Source: Phycisphaerales bacterium (lineage in GTDB: Bacteria; Planctomycetota; Phycisphaerae; Phycisphaerales; UBA1924). Taken from it: a DNA stretch of 64,000 bases. The position numbers were made by a program, and so were the translations under genes. Location of the stretch: assembly GCA_046350475.1 (NCBI GenBank), contig JAXMAJ010000001.1:1675911-1739910 (forward strand), in the 5' to 3' direction. Below are positions 48,738-58,394 of the stretch, in pieces. Each line of letters opens with the position of its first letter. Within the stretch, counting starts at the first letter, position 1. Below the pieces are notes generated by a model. That model ran no database searches. It saw only the letters and a list, made by a program, of their open reading frames with translations, and was not told where the DNA came from.

Positions 48738-49634
48738 ATGGTGGACGCAGTCGCGATGGGTTTCGATCCCAAGGGCATGATGGTGCCGATCGGACAGATC
48801 TTGGCGGTACGAACGGTTCGCCCCGAGATGCGGAAGGGGCAGCAGTACCTCCGCTTATTCGCGTCTGTCCGAGAGATCGGTCTAATTGAGCCCCTAGTCA
48901 TCTATCCCCAAGAATCTGGCGGTGGCGATCGCCGTTTCACGCTCCTCGATGGCCACTTCCGGCTGGAAGTGCTCAAGGAGCTTGGACGTACCGAGGCCTT
49001 CTGCTTGGTTGCGAAAGACGACGAGGCGTTCACCTACAACCACAAAGTCAATCGGATGGCCCCCATCCAAGAGCATTTCATGATCCTGAGAGCTCTTGAA
49101 CAAGGCGTCTCAGAGGAACGCATCGCTGCAACACTTAGCGTGAACGTCACCGCGATCCGCAACAAGCGAGATCTCCTCACGGGAATCTGTCCCGAAGCGG
49201 TAGCTCTGCTCAAGGACAAGAACGTGACCGCGAAGGGGCTCCGGGAGGTGAAGCGTGCCGGGCCGATGCGTCAAATCGAGATGGCTGAGCTGATGGTCGC
49301 CGCGAACAACTATTCCACCGACTACGCCATGTGCCTCATCGCGGCTACGCCAGAAAAGGACCTAGTCGATGGCGACAAGAACAAGGGGCTTCCAGGGATC
49401 AAGCCTGAGGACATTGCGCGGATGGAACGAGAGATGGAAGTGCTCGGACGAGACTTCTTGATGATCGAGGAGTCACACGGGAAAAACACGCTCAACTTGG
49501 TGCTAGCGGTGGCGTATCTCAGGAGGATTCTGGACAACGCGGGCGTTGTGAAGCACCTGTCACAGCGATACCCCGACATCCTGAGCGAGTTTCAGAAGCT
49601 GGTCGATGCGCCCGAACTCAAGGCCGGCCTCTAG
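48738..49634 (+). CDS. ParB N-terminal domain / RepB-like protein 2
   Basis: ATG lies 2 nt after the upstream stop, with a GGAAGGGA RBS. IGLIEPLVIY...FTLLDGHFRLEVLKELG, then a helical C-terminal domain. It is a distant paralogue of the upstream gene. Confidence 0.75.
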   Translation: MVDAVAMGFDPKGMMVPIGQILAVRTVRPEMRKGQQYLRLFASVREIGLIEPLVIYPQESGGGDRRFTLLDGHFRLEVLKELGRTEAFCLVAKDDEAFTYNHKVNRMAPIQEHFMILRALEQGVSEERIAATLSVNVTAIRNKRDLLTGICPEAVALLKDKNVTAKGLREVKRAGPMRQIEMAELMVAANNYSTDYAMCLIAATPEKDLVDGDKNKGLPGIKPEDIARMEREMEVLGRDFLMIEESHGKNTLNLVLAVAYLRRILDNAGVVKHLSQRYPDILSEFQKLVDAPELKAGL

Positions 49635-49717
49635 GCACGTCAATCGACTGAGCACCTGGAACCCGGGTAGGTCCCTAGGGCTGCGAAAGAACCAAACAAA
49701 ACCCGCCTCGTTTCTCT

Positions 49718-50596
49718 GTGCCACTACGTCATTCGCCGGCAAACCAGCCGGCGGCCTGCTATGCTTCGCCAGTGGCAACGCCTCAGCTGAACTCCGATCC
49801 ATGGCTTCTTCATGATGATGCTCCTCATCTTGGCAAGCTCGGATTCCGCGTTGGGGACAAGGGCACGCACACCAGTCGCACGATGATGCTCCAAGAGCTG
49901 ACGGAGCTCCTTTCGGAAGTACCGCCTCCTGCCGTCAGATCCGAATACGCCGCGGCAATCGTTGAAGGCAACTGTCTGCACAAGCCCACTGCGGCGACTC
50001 GAAAGCTCACAAACCAAAGACTGGGCGAACTGTACGGCCTCGATCCGTCGGTCCCGCTGTTCCGAGTTTTCAGGCAGTTCTGGGGAGCCGATCAGGCTGG
50101 TCGCCCGCTACTCGCCCTGCTGCTTGCACTCGCGAGGGACCCGCTGCTTCGCGCCACCGCCGATCCGATTCTTCGCATACATCCGGGGGAGGAGCTTGCA
50201 CGCCAGACCTTGACGAACGCTCTGAACGATGCGGTCGGTGGACGGTTTAATCCCGAGATCCTGGACAAGGTCGTCCGCAACGCCGCGTCTTCATGGACGC
50301 AATCAGCCCATCTGTCCGGGCGGTCGCGAAAGTCTCGCCAACGAGTTCGTCCCACACCCCTGTCCGTCTCGTTCGCTCTGCTGATCGGCTATGTGCTCGG
50401 CCTGCGAGGACACCGGCTCTTCGAGTCGCCCTGGACTCGCATTTTCGATGCTTCCGTTGACGAGCTTGTCTTTACCGCGATGGACGCAAAACGCACGGGA
50501 TACATTGACCTCAAGCATGCAGGTTCGGTGATCGAGGTTGGTTTCTCCGGGGTGCTCACAAACGAGGAGAGGCAGTTGTCCTATGGGACGAATTGA
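49718..50596 (+). CDS. brxA: BrxA (DUF1819-like) BREX protein; start uncertain
   Basis: AAIVEGNCLHKPTAATRKLTNQRLGELY...LALLLALARDPLLRATADPIL...KVVRNAASSWTQSAHL follows the BrxA pattern. It is first in the canonical type 1 order. GTG 49718 or ATG 49883 are the possible starts. Confidence 0.7.
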   Translation: MPLRHSPANQPAACYASPVATPQLNSDPWLLHDDAPHLGKLGFRVGDKGTHTSRTMMLQELTELLSEVPPPAVRSEYAAAIVEGNCLHKPTAATRKLTNQRLGELYGLDPSVPLFRVFRQFWGADQAGRPLLALLLALARDPLLRATADPILRIHPGEELARQTLTNALNDAVGGRFNPEILDKVVRNAASSWTQSAHLSGRSRKSRQRVRPTPLSVSFALLIGYVLGLRGHRLFESPWTRIFDASVDELVFTAMDAKRTGYIDLKHAGSVIEVGFSGVLTNEERQLSYGTN

Positions 50597-51146
50597 AGAC
50601 CTAGCTGATCGCTACCAGCGGCACATTGCCGCGCCATGGCAACGCAACCTTGCCGGCGGCCAGAAAGCCGTGTTCGTTGTGTACGACAAGAATGACGAGC
50701 GAAAGCTGCGCGCACGGCGTCAACTCTTCCAGATTGCAACGGTCAACGCGGGACATCGCTGGCATTCTTTCGATTTCACGGACGCGTTTCCCTCTTGGAT
50801 GGGTGCTGACGACTATCGCGAGGCGTACTTCGAGTCTCCAGACGACCTTCAGATGAAGCTCGACACGGAATTCGTGGCGTTCGCTGCCGATCAGCTTCGG
50901 GCCGCATTGACGGCACCAGAGGTTGATGAAGACACGGTTGTCGGTGTTTTTGGAGCGGCCTGCCTCTACGGCTTTACACGCGTCTCGCTCGTGCTCAAGG
51001 AAGTTGAACAAGATATCCGAGGGCGCTTGGCGGTATTCTTTCCGGGCGAATACGAGAACCATAACTACCGCCTTTTGGATGCTCGCGATGGGTCAAACTA
51101 CCTCGCAGTTCCGATCACCATGCATCATGGGGAGCTTCAAGCATGA
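50583..51146 (+). CDS. brxB: BrxB (DUF1788-like) BREX protein
   Basis: ATG 50583 overlaps brxA by 14 nt. AVFVVYDKNDERKLR...VFFPGEYENHNYRLLDARDGSNYLAVPI matches the DUF1788 C-terminal signature. Confidence 0.75.
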   Translation: MGRIEDLADRYQRHIAAPWQRNLAGGQKAVFVVYDKNDERKLRARRQLFQIATVNAGHRWHSFDFTDAFPSWMGADDYREAYFESPDDLQMKLDTEFVAFAADQLRAALTAPEVDEDTVVGVFGAACLYGFTRVSLVLKEVEQDIRGRLAVFFPGEYENHNYRLLDARDGSNYLAVPITMHHGELQA

Positions 51147-54100
51147 AGAACCGCGAAGTTTTCGACCGCGACCCTGTCACAACGCCACTCGCCAACAACG
51201 GGCAGGCGAGAATCACTGATAGCTTGAACGACAAGGCCGTCGATGAACTGCGTTCTGAACTCTCCACATTCGTCTGCGAGGGCCAGTATGAGGAGGGCAT
51301 TCGTCGGATCATCGAGTCGTTTCTAGGCAGCCTCAACAACACCAATCAGCCCGCGGCATGGGTGAGCGGGTTCTTTGGCAGTGGCAAGTCCCATCTTCTC
51401 AAGATGCTCTGCCACCTGTGGGTCAATACGACTTTTGACAGCGATGGCGCCACTGCCCGAAGCCTCGTTCCGAAAATGCCTCACGAAGTGCAGGCGGTGT
51501 TCAAAGAACTCGACACCCGAGGCCGGCAAGCAGGGGGCCTTCATGCCGCGTCAGGAACTCTGCCCGCGGGTAGCGGCCAGAGTGTTCGTCTCACCGTGCT
51601 AGGAATCGTGCTGCGTTCAAAGGGTTTGCCAGAGAGCTACGCACAAGCAAAGTTCTGTCTCTGGCTTGCGGCAAACGGGCATCTGGAAGCCGTGCGGCAG
51701 GCGGTCACAAAGGCCGGCAAGGACTTTAGTCGCGAGCTCAACAACCTATACGTGAGCCCAATCATCGCAGAGGCCGTCCTCAAGGCCGACCCGCACTTTG
51801 CCCCCGAACTCAAGCAGGTACGCACGCTGCTCAAGGAGAACTTCCCGCAGCGAGACGACATCAGCACCGGTGAGTTCATCGGCACCATCCGTGAAGTGCT
51901 CGCCGTCAAGGGTCAGATTCCTTGCACGATCATCGTCCTGGACGAGGTTCAGCAGTACATCGGTGACATCACTGAGCGGGCCGTCTTGGTGACTGAAGTA
52001 GCCGAGGCGCTTTGCAAGCAACTCGACAGCCGCGTCCTGCTCGTCGGAGCAGGCCAGACGGCGCTTTCGGGGACGCCGCTGCTTCAACGGCTCAAGGACC
52101 GATTTACCATCACCGTGGAGTTGTCCGACACCGACGTCGAGACGGTCACGCGAAAGGTGTTGCTCGCCAAGAAGCCGGACAAGATTGACGCCATCAAGAA
52201 GGTCTTGGCTTCGCACGCCGGCGAAATCGAGCGCCAACTCGCAAGCACCGCGATTGGAACTCGTTCCGAAGATCGCAGGTTCCTGGTGGACGACTATCCG
52301 TTGCTCCCCGTGCGTCGCCGTTTCTGGGAGCACGCGTTTCGAGCCGTAGATGCCCCCGGCACGACAGGTCAGCTTCGCACCCAGCTCCGAATTGTCCACG
52401 ACGCGCTCGTGGATCTCGCCGAGGAGCCCGTTGGCACCGTCGTCCCGGCCGACTATATGTTCGAGGAACTCCAGCCGGACCTTCTGCGCCACGGCGTGCT
52501 GCTCCGCGAACTTGATGAGCGAATCCGGATGCTCGATGACGGGACGACCGACGGTCGTCTCGCCCGCCGGCTTTGCGGCCTGATTTTCTTGATTCGCAAA
52601 CTCCCTCGTGACGCCGGTGTCGATACCGGCGTTCGCGCGACCACCGATATGCTCGGAGACCTTGTCGTGCGCGATCTCGCCAACGAGGGTCCAACGCTCC
52701 GCAAGGAAGTGCCTCGCATCCTTGCCGAGTTGATCGAGAAGGGCATTCTGATCCAGCTTGACGACGAGTACAGCCTCCAGACCCGCGAGAGCAGCGAGTG
52801 GGACAAGGAGTTTCGCACGCGGGTCGCTCGACTCATCAGCAACGAAAATGAAGTCGCCAATAAGCGAGATGCCCTTTTGCGAGACGCGGGAAATGACGCC
52901 GTTATGGGCGTGAAACTCCAGCACGGCAAGAGCAAGGAGTCACGCAAGCTCGCACTCCACTTTGGCGAAGATGCACCACAGGTCAAGGGCCAGGAGATTC
53001 CAGTCTGGGTTCGTGACGGCTGGAATACGAGCGAGAAAGAGATCCTCTCCGCCGCACGCGAAGCAGGCAGTGATAGCCCCATCATCTTCGTCTATATTCC
53101 CAAGGCCAGTGCCGACGACCTTAAAAAGCGAGTCATTGAGTACGAGGCAGCGGAAAGCACGCTTCAGTTCAAGGGTGTGCCCAGCACCGCCGAGGGACGC
53201 GAAGCCCGAAGTGGCATGGAGACTCGCAAGAAGGTTGCCGAGTCGATCCGCGACGAACTCGTGACCGAGATTGTCCGAACGGCGAAAGTGTTCCAGGGCG
53301 GCGGCACTGAGATGCACGCGCTCGGCTTCCCCGAGAAGATCAAAGACGCCGGCGAGGCATCACTCGACAGGTTGTTCCCGCGATTCCGCGAGGCCGACAT
53401 CGATGCCCGCAAATGGGAACTCGCCATCACGCGAGCCCGTAACCGCGACGACAGCCCGCTGAGTGTCGTGGACTGGACCGGCCCGACGGATCAGCACCCG
53501 GTCTGTAAGGCCGTGTTGTCGGAGATTGGCTCGGGCAAGAAGGGCCGCGAGATTCGCGGCACCTTTGAGAGCAGCCCCTTCGGTTGGCCGCGAGACGCGA
53601 TCGACGCTTCGCTCATCGCGTTGCACGCCGCGGGGCATATTCGTGCGACGTACAACGGCACGCCACTCATACCCGGACAGCTTGACCAGGCAAAGATTCC
53701 TGTGACGGAGTTCCGTGTCGAGTCGGTGAACCTCACCGCCCGCGACCGTATCAAACTCCGCGGCCTGTTTCAGACCGCGAACGTCGCGTGCAAGGCCGGC
53801 GAAGAGGAACTCAGGGCAGGCGAGTTTCTTGGCGTCTTGGAAGAGTTGGCTCGTTGGGCGGGCGGCGACGCTCCGCTTCCGGATCGTCCGAACACATCGC
53901 ACCTCGCCGAAGTGAGGGCGCTGGCAGGCAACGAGCAACTTGCCAAACTGCTTGAGAAGCACGATGAACTCCACAAGCAAGCGGACGCTTGGAGTCGGCT
54001 CGCCAAACTGCACAAGGACCGCTGGCCTCGTTGGGAGACGCTTCAAACTCTGCTCGCCCACGCCGGCAAGTTGCCTATTCACTCCGAGATCAAGCCCCAG

Positions 54101-54595
54101 GCCGACGCGATCGTCCGGGACCGCTCACTCTTGGAGCCTACTGACCACGTCTCGCCGCTGTGCAAGAAGTTGGAGCACGCGCTCCGAGAAGCCTTGAAGA
54201 AGGCGTACGAGGAGTGCCAGGGGAGCTTCGACCGCGAGTCGGATGCACTCGGCTCTTCTGAAGCGTGGAAGAAGATCGGCAAGGACCAGCAGAACCGAAT
54301 CGCCAAGACCAACAACATCGTTCCCATCCCGGATCTCGATGCCGGGGATGAGCACAAGCTCGCGTCCGCACTCGGGACGCGATCGCTGGACAGTTGGGCC
54401 GAACTCACGGCCGCGCTGCCGACTCGCTTCGCCAAGGCCAAGGCCGAAGCGGCCAAAGAACTGGAGCCCAAGACCCAAAGTGTCACTCTCCGCAGCGAGG
54501 CGTTGCGATCGGAGGCCGACGTGAAGGCTTGGGTCGCGAAGACGGAGACTGACCTCCTCAACAAACTCAAGACAGGCCCGATCGTCATCGGCTGA
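51143..54595 (+). CDS. brxC: BrxC/PglY BREX P-loop ATPase
   Basis: ATGA overlap with brxB. Walker A GFFGSGKSHLLKML, Walker B IIVLDEVQQY. Its 1150-aa size and position are typical. Confidence 0.9.
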   Translation: MKNREVFDRDPVTTPLANNGQARITDSLNDKAVDELRSELSTFVCEGQYEEGIRRIIESFLGSLNNTNQPAAWVSGFFGSGKSHLLKMLCHLWVNTTFDSDGATARSLVPKMPHEVQAVFKELDTRGRQAGGLHAASGTLPAGSGQSVRLTVLGIVLRSKGLPESYAQAKFCLWLAANGHLEAVRQAVTKAGKDFSRELNNLYVSPIIAEAVLKADPHFAPELKQVRTLLKENFPQRDDISTGEFIGTIREVLAVKGQIPCTIIVLDEVQQYIGDITERAVLVTEVAEALCKQLDSRVLLVGAGQTALSGTPLLQRLKDRFTITVELSDTDVETVTRKVLLAKKPDKIDAIKKVLASHAGEIERQLASTAIGTRSEDRRFLVDDYPLLPVRRRFWEHAFRAVDAPGTTGQLRTQLRIVHDALVDLAEEPVGTVVPADYMFEELQPDLLRHGVLLRELDERIRMLDDGTTDGRLARRLCGLIFLIRKLPRDAGVDTGVRATTDMLGDLVVRDLANEGPTLRKEVPRILAELIEKGILIQLDDEYSLQTRESSEWDKEFRTRVARLISNENEVANKRDALLRDAGNDAVMGVKLQHGKSKESRKLALHFGEDAPQVKGQEIPVWVRDGWNTSEKEILSAAREAGSDSPIIFVYIPKASADDLKKRVIEYEAAESTLQFKGVPSTAEGREARSGMETRKKVAESIRDELVTEIVRTAKVFQGGGTEMHALGFPEKIKDAGEASLDRLFPRFREADIDARKWELAITRARNRDDSPLSVVDWTGPTDQHPVCKAVLSEIGSGKKGREIRGTFESSPFGWPRDAIDASLIALHAAGHIRATYNGTPLIPGQLDQAKIPVTEFRVESVNLTARDRIKLRGLFQTANVACKAGEEELRAGEFLGVLEELARWAGGDAPLPDRPNTSHLAEVRALAGNEQLAKLLEKHDELHKQADAWSRLAKLHKDRWPRWETLQTLLAHAGKLPIHSEIKPQADAIVRDRSLLEPTDHVSPLCKKLEHALREALKKAYEECQGSFDRESDALGSSEAWKKIGKDQQNRIAKTNNIVPIPDLDAGDEHKLASALGTRSLDSWAELTAALPTRFAKAKAEAAKELEPKTQSVTLRSEALRSEADVKAWVAKTETDLLNKLKTGPIVIG

Positions 54596-54611
54596 ACTCC
54601 CGGAATCTGAT

Positions 54612-57600
54612 ATGCCCGCACTTGACCCACAACTCCGCCGTCGGCTTGAGACCGCAATCGCGGGATCGGGCACCGATGCGATCACCGGCGCCAGGGCCAT
54701 CGCCGAGGCCGGCGCCAGGGCGGCGCTTGAGGCTCTTGCGGTCCACGAGGCCGAACCGTACAGCCACATCAAGTCCAAGCCCGAACTCACTGCCCTGCGC
54801 AACCGACTTCGTGCCCACGCCCGACAGCTTGGCGACATGCAGAACTCCAAGGGCGAGATCACAATCAACGCTCTGGTTCACGAGTGTGCTTACGAGCACT
54901 GGCATCGGATGCTCTTCGCCCGCTTCCTCGCCGAGAACAACCTGCTGATCGACCCCCAAGCCCGCGTTGCCGTGACTCTTGAAGAGTGCGAAGACCTCGC
55001 CAAGGAAGAGAAGACGAACAAATGGGAGATCGCCGGCCGATTCGCCCAAGCGATGCTGCCGCAGATTTTCCGGGCAGATGATCCGCTCCTCAAGGTGACC
55101 CTCCCCGCCGACCGGCGTGTCCAGCTTGAGACCATTCTGGCCGACTTGCCAGTCCCTGTGTTCCAGGCCGATGATTCGTTGGGCTGGGTCTACCAGTTCT
55201 GGCAGAGCCGCCGGAAGGATGAGGTCAATGACTCCGGCGACAAGATCACCGGCGAGACGCTTCCTTCAGTGACGCAGCTTTTCACAGAGCACTACATGGT
55301 GCTCTTTCTGCTCCACAACACGATCGGTGCTTGGCACGCCGGCAAGGTGCTCGCCAAGTCGCCGTCGATTGGACACTCTGCCAACAGCGAAGACGACCTT
55401 CGCCGGGCAGTGGCACTGAAGGCTGGGGCCAACGGCGGATACTCGTTCGAGTACCTCCGATTCGTGAAGGACACCAGCGGCTGGCGTCCCGCCGCCGGCG
55501 TGTTCGCAGGCTGGCCCACGGCAGCGTCCGATCTCAAGATCCTTGATCCCTGCTGCGGCAGCGGTCACTTCGTGGTCGCCGCGTTCGAGTTGCTCGTGCG
55601 GCTGCGGATGGAAGAGGAAGCTCTGCCGATCGCCGACGCCGTGGACGCCGTCATCCGCGACAACCTCTTCGGACTAGAGATCGATCAGCGTTGCACGCAC
55701 ATCACCGCCTTCAACCTCGCCCTCGCGGCATGGAAGAAGACGGGGTATAGACCGAACCAGCCGCTTCCACCGCTCAACATCGCGTGCACCGGCATCGCCG
55801 CCGCCGGCACCCGCGAGCAGTGGATGCAGATGATCGCCCAGCAGGGCACCCACGACCTTCGGTTCTTCTTTGGCCAGCTTCACGACCTGTTCCGCAAGGC
55901 CGCAACGCTCGGCAGTCTCATCAATCCCAACCGCTTCTTTGGGAGCGGCATGCTTGGCAAGGAGGGGATGCAGACGCTCATGAAGGCCCTCGCAGCGGCC
56001 ATCGCGGAAGACCCTCGTGCTACTCCGGAGCGACAGGAGCTTGGCGTTGCGGCACAGGGCTTGGCCAAGGCCGCGGAACTGCTCGCCGGGCCCAAGGGGA
56101 GTGGAAGCCCATCGGGCGGTGGATACACGCTTGTTGTTACCAACGTGCCGTATCTGGGCCGCGGCAAACAGGATGACATTCTCCGCGAGCACCTGGAGTC
56201 CCAGTACCCGCTCGGCAAGTCCGACTTGGCGACGGCGTTCGTGCTGCGCTGCCTGGAGTTTTGTGCACCGGGCGGAAGCACGGCGCTCGTGACGCCGCAG
56301 AACTGGCTCTTCCTCACCAGCTACACCCAGATGCGTAAGACGCTGCTGGAGCGCCGCACATGGAATCTTGTCGCTCGATTGGGGCCGGGAGCATTCGAGA
56401 CGATCGGTGGGCACGTGGTGAATGTCGCCCTGCTAGAGATCACCGCCCGTGAGCCGGCAGAAGATGCAGTCATGGCCGGCGTAGATGTGTCGGGTGCGGC
56501 GACGCCCGAGGCGAAGGCAGCCCTCCTGAGAATACCCGCAGTCGCATCCGAGGGATCTACGACGACAAAGGTAAGAGCGACAACGACTCTTCAGGGGTCT
56601 TCGAAGCCAAAAGCACAGCCGACGACGATCTTCGATACGTCTTCGGAAAGCGTTGACGGCTCTACCGAAGGCGACCAAGGTTCGACGGAGGGTGGAAAAG
56701 GCTCGGACGACGCATCACCCGGATCAGTGGTACTTCTGCCACAGACGGATCAACTGAAGAACCCCGACGCGGTGGTAACGAGCGAGCGCCAATCCAGTCA
56801 GCGGCTGTTGGTCGACTTCGGTCACGCTTGGCAGGGCATCGTTACTGGCGACGATAACCGCTATGTTGTGACCTTTTGGGAAACTGGTTGGCCCGACAAA
56901 GTGTGGGTTCCAATCCAACAGGCTCCGGATCGAACGCTCGCTTACACCGCCCGATCAACTCTGATTCGATGGGAAGGAGGCAAGGGCGACCTCCACCGTC
57001 GTTCTACCGCCCACAACTTTCCTCCTCCTTCAACCATTGGGCGCTTTGGAATCGCGATTCAGCGAATGTCGAGCCTGAACGTCACTTTCTACACAGGGGA
57101 CGTGTTCGATGACTCGGTAGCGCCGCTACTGGTCGAGTCGGAAGCACTGCTGCCGGCCGTCGCTGCTTATTGTCAGAGTGAGTCTTACGCCACCGCCGTT
57201 CGTCGGCTCAACCAACACCTAAAGGTCGTTCCGGGCACACTTGTCAAGGTTCCCTTCGACCTCGCGCACTGGCAGAAGATCGCGAATCAGGAGTACCCGC
57301 AAGGCCTCCCGGAGCCTCAAAGCAACGATCCTGATCAGTGGATTTTCCACGGCCACCCCGCGGGCATGGTGGCTGCCGGATCGGCGAGTGTCTCGCCAAT
57401 GGGCCTCAAAGATCCGTTTGGTGCTGATCGACATGCTTCCCTCGTCTGCCGAACGCCGAATCTCGGTGCTGTGCTCCAAGTTGCGGTCGCACGGCTCGCA
57501 GGCTATCGCTGGCCCGCCGAGTTGGATGACAAGATGCGCCTCGATCCCGCGTGCCGCGCGTGGGTCGAGAAGTGCAAGTCGCTCGATCACTTTGCAGATG

Positions 57601-58373
57601 ACGACGGTGTTGTCCCACTTGCGCCCATGCGAAGTGAGCCGGCTGCCGAGGGCCGTCTGCGCGACCTGCTCCGCGCCGCTTTCGGGGGCGAATGGAACGG
57701 TGCGAAGGAAGCCACGCTGCTCGCCGCCGCGGCAGAGGCAAACGGCGACAAGTCGCCGGCGACAAACCTTGATGAATGGCTGAAGAACCGCTTCTTCTCC
57801 GAGCACTGTGCGATGTTTCAGCACCGTCCTTTCGTCTGGCACATTTGGGATGGCCGCAAGAAGGACGGATTCGGTGTTCTGGTCCATTACCACCGACTTT
57901 GTGCCGCCGATGGCGGCGGGCGTCGCCTGCTTGAATCTATCACCCACGGCTACCTTGGCGACTGGATCGCTCGGCAGCGAGATGAATTGAAGGCGAATAA
58001 GGCAGGAGCGGATGGCCGCCTCGCGGACGCGAGCGAACTCCAGAAGAAGCTAGAGGCCATCCTGAAGGGCGAGCCACCGCATGACATTTTCGTCCGCTGG
58101 AAACCGCTCTACGAGCAGCCCATCGGCTGGGAGCCGGACATCAACGACGGCGTGCGGATGAACATTCGTCCGTTCATCGAGGCCGGCGTGCTCCGCGACC
58201 GCGTCAACGTGAAGTGGACCAAGGATCGCGGCAAAGAACCCGAGAAGCTCCGCCCCAAGGCGGAGTTCCCGTGGTTCTGGGAAGGCGACACGTTCATCGG
58301 TGACCGCGTCAACGACATCCACCTGAAGTCTACAGAGAAGGACAAGGCCCGAAACCACGCTAAGAAGAAGTGA
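54612..58373 (+). CDS. pglX: PglX BREX adenine-specific DNA methyltransferase
   Basis: SAM motif ILDPCCGSGHFVVAAF. Motif IV variant TNVPYLG (56142-56153). Its 1253-aa size and position are typical. It contains an S/T/G/D-rich insert at about 56547-56725. Confidence 0.9.
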   Translation: MPALDPQLRRRLETAIAGSGTDAITGARAIAEAGARAALEALAVHEAEPYSHIKSKPELTALRNRLRAHARQLGDMQNSKGEITINALVHECAYEHWHRMLFARFLAENNLLIDPQARVAVTLEECEDLAKEEKTNKWEIAGRFAQAMLPQIFRADDPLLKVTLPADRRVQLETILADLPVPVFQADDSLGWVYQFWQSRRKDEVNDSGDKITGETLPSVTQLFTEHYMVLFLLHNTIGAWHAGKVLAKSPSIGHSANSEDDLRRAVALKAGANGGYSFEYLRFVKDTSGWRPAAGVFAGWPTAASDLKILDPCCGSGHFVVAAFELLVRLRMEEEALPIADAVDAVIRDNLFGLEIDQRCTHITAFNLALAAWKKTGYRPNQPLPPLNIACTGIAAAGTREQWMQMIAQQGTHDLRFFFGQLHDLFRKAATLGSLINPNRFFGSGMLGKEGMQTLMKALAAAIAEDPRATPERQELGVAAQGLAKAAELLAGPKGSGSPSGGGYTLVVTNVPYLGRGKQDDILREHLESQYPLGKSDLATAFVLRCLEFCAPGGSTALVTPQNWLFLTSYTQMRKTLLERRTWNLVARLGPGAFETIGGHVVNVALLEITAREPAEDAVMAGVDVSGAATPEAKAALLRIPAVASEGSTTTKVRATTTLQGSSKPKAQPTTIFDTSSESVDGSTEGDQGSTEGGKGSDDASPGSVVLLPQTDQLKNPDAVVTSERQSSQRLLVDFGHAWQGIVTGDDNRYVVTFWETGWPDKVWVPIQQAPDRTLAYTARSTLIRWEGGKGDLHRRSTAHNFPPPSTIGRFGIAIQRMSSLNVTFYTGDVFDDSVAPLLVESEALLPAVAAYCQSESYATAVRRLNQHLKVVPGTLVKVPFDLAHWQKIANQEYPQGLPEPQSNDPDQWIFHGHPAGMVAAGSASVSPMGLKDPFGADRHASLVCRTPNLGAVLQVAVARLAGYRWPAELDDKMRLDPACRAWVEKCKSLDHFADDDGVVPLAPMRSEPAAEGRLRDLLRAAFGGEWNGAKEATLLAAAAEANGDKSPATNLDEWLKNRFFSEHCAMFQHRPFVWHIWDGRKKDGFGVLVHYHRLCAADGGGRRLLESITHGYLGDWIARQRDELKANKAGADGRLADASELQKKLEAILKGEPPHDIFVRWKPLYEQPIGWEPDINDGVRMNIRPFIEAGVLRDRVNVKWTKDRGKEPEKLRPKAEFPWFWEGDTFIGDRVNDIHLKSTEKDKARNHAKKK

Positions 58374-58394
58374 CCCAGCAGTAAAGGCAACTCC

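Noticed and set aside
51746-52924. 392-aa minus-strand ORF inside brxC, and similar ones at 58050..58985 and 62274..63269
   Set aside because: They are antisense to brxC, to the pglX/AIPR genes and to brxL respectively. They have no motifs or RBSs.
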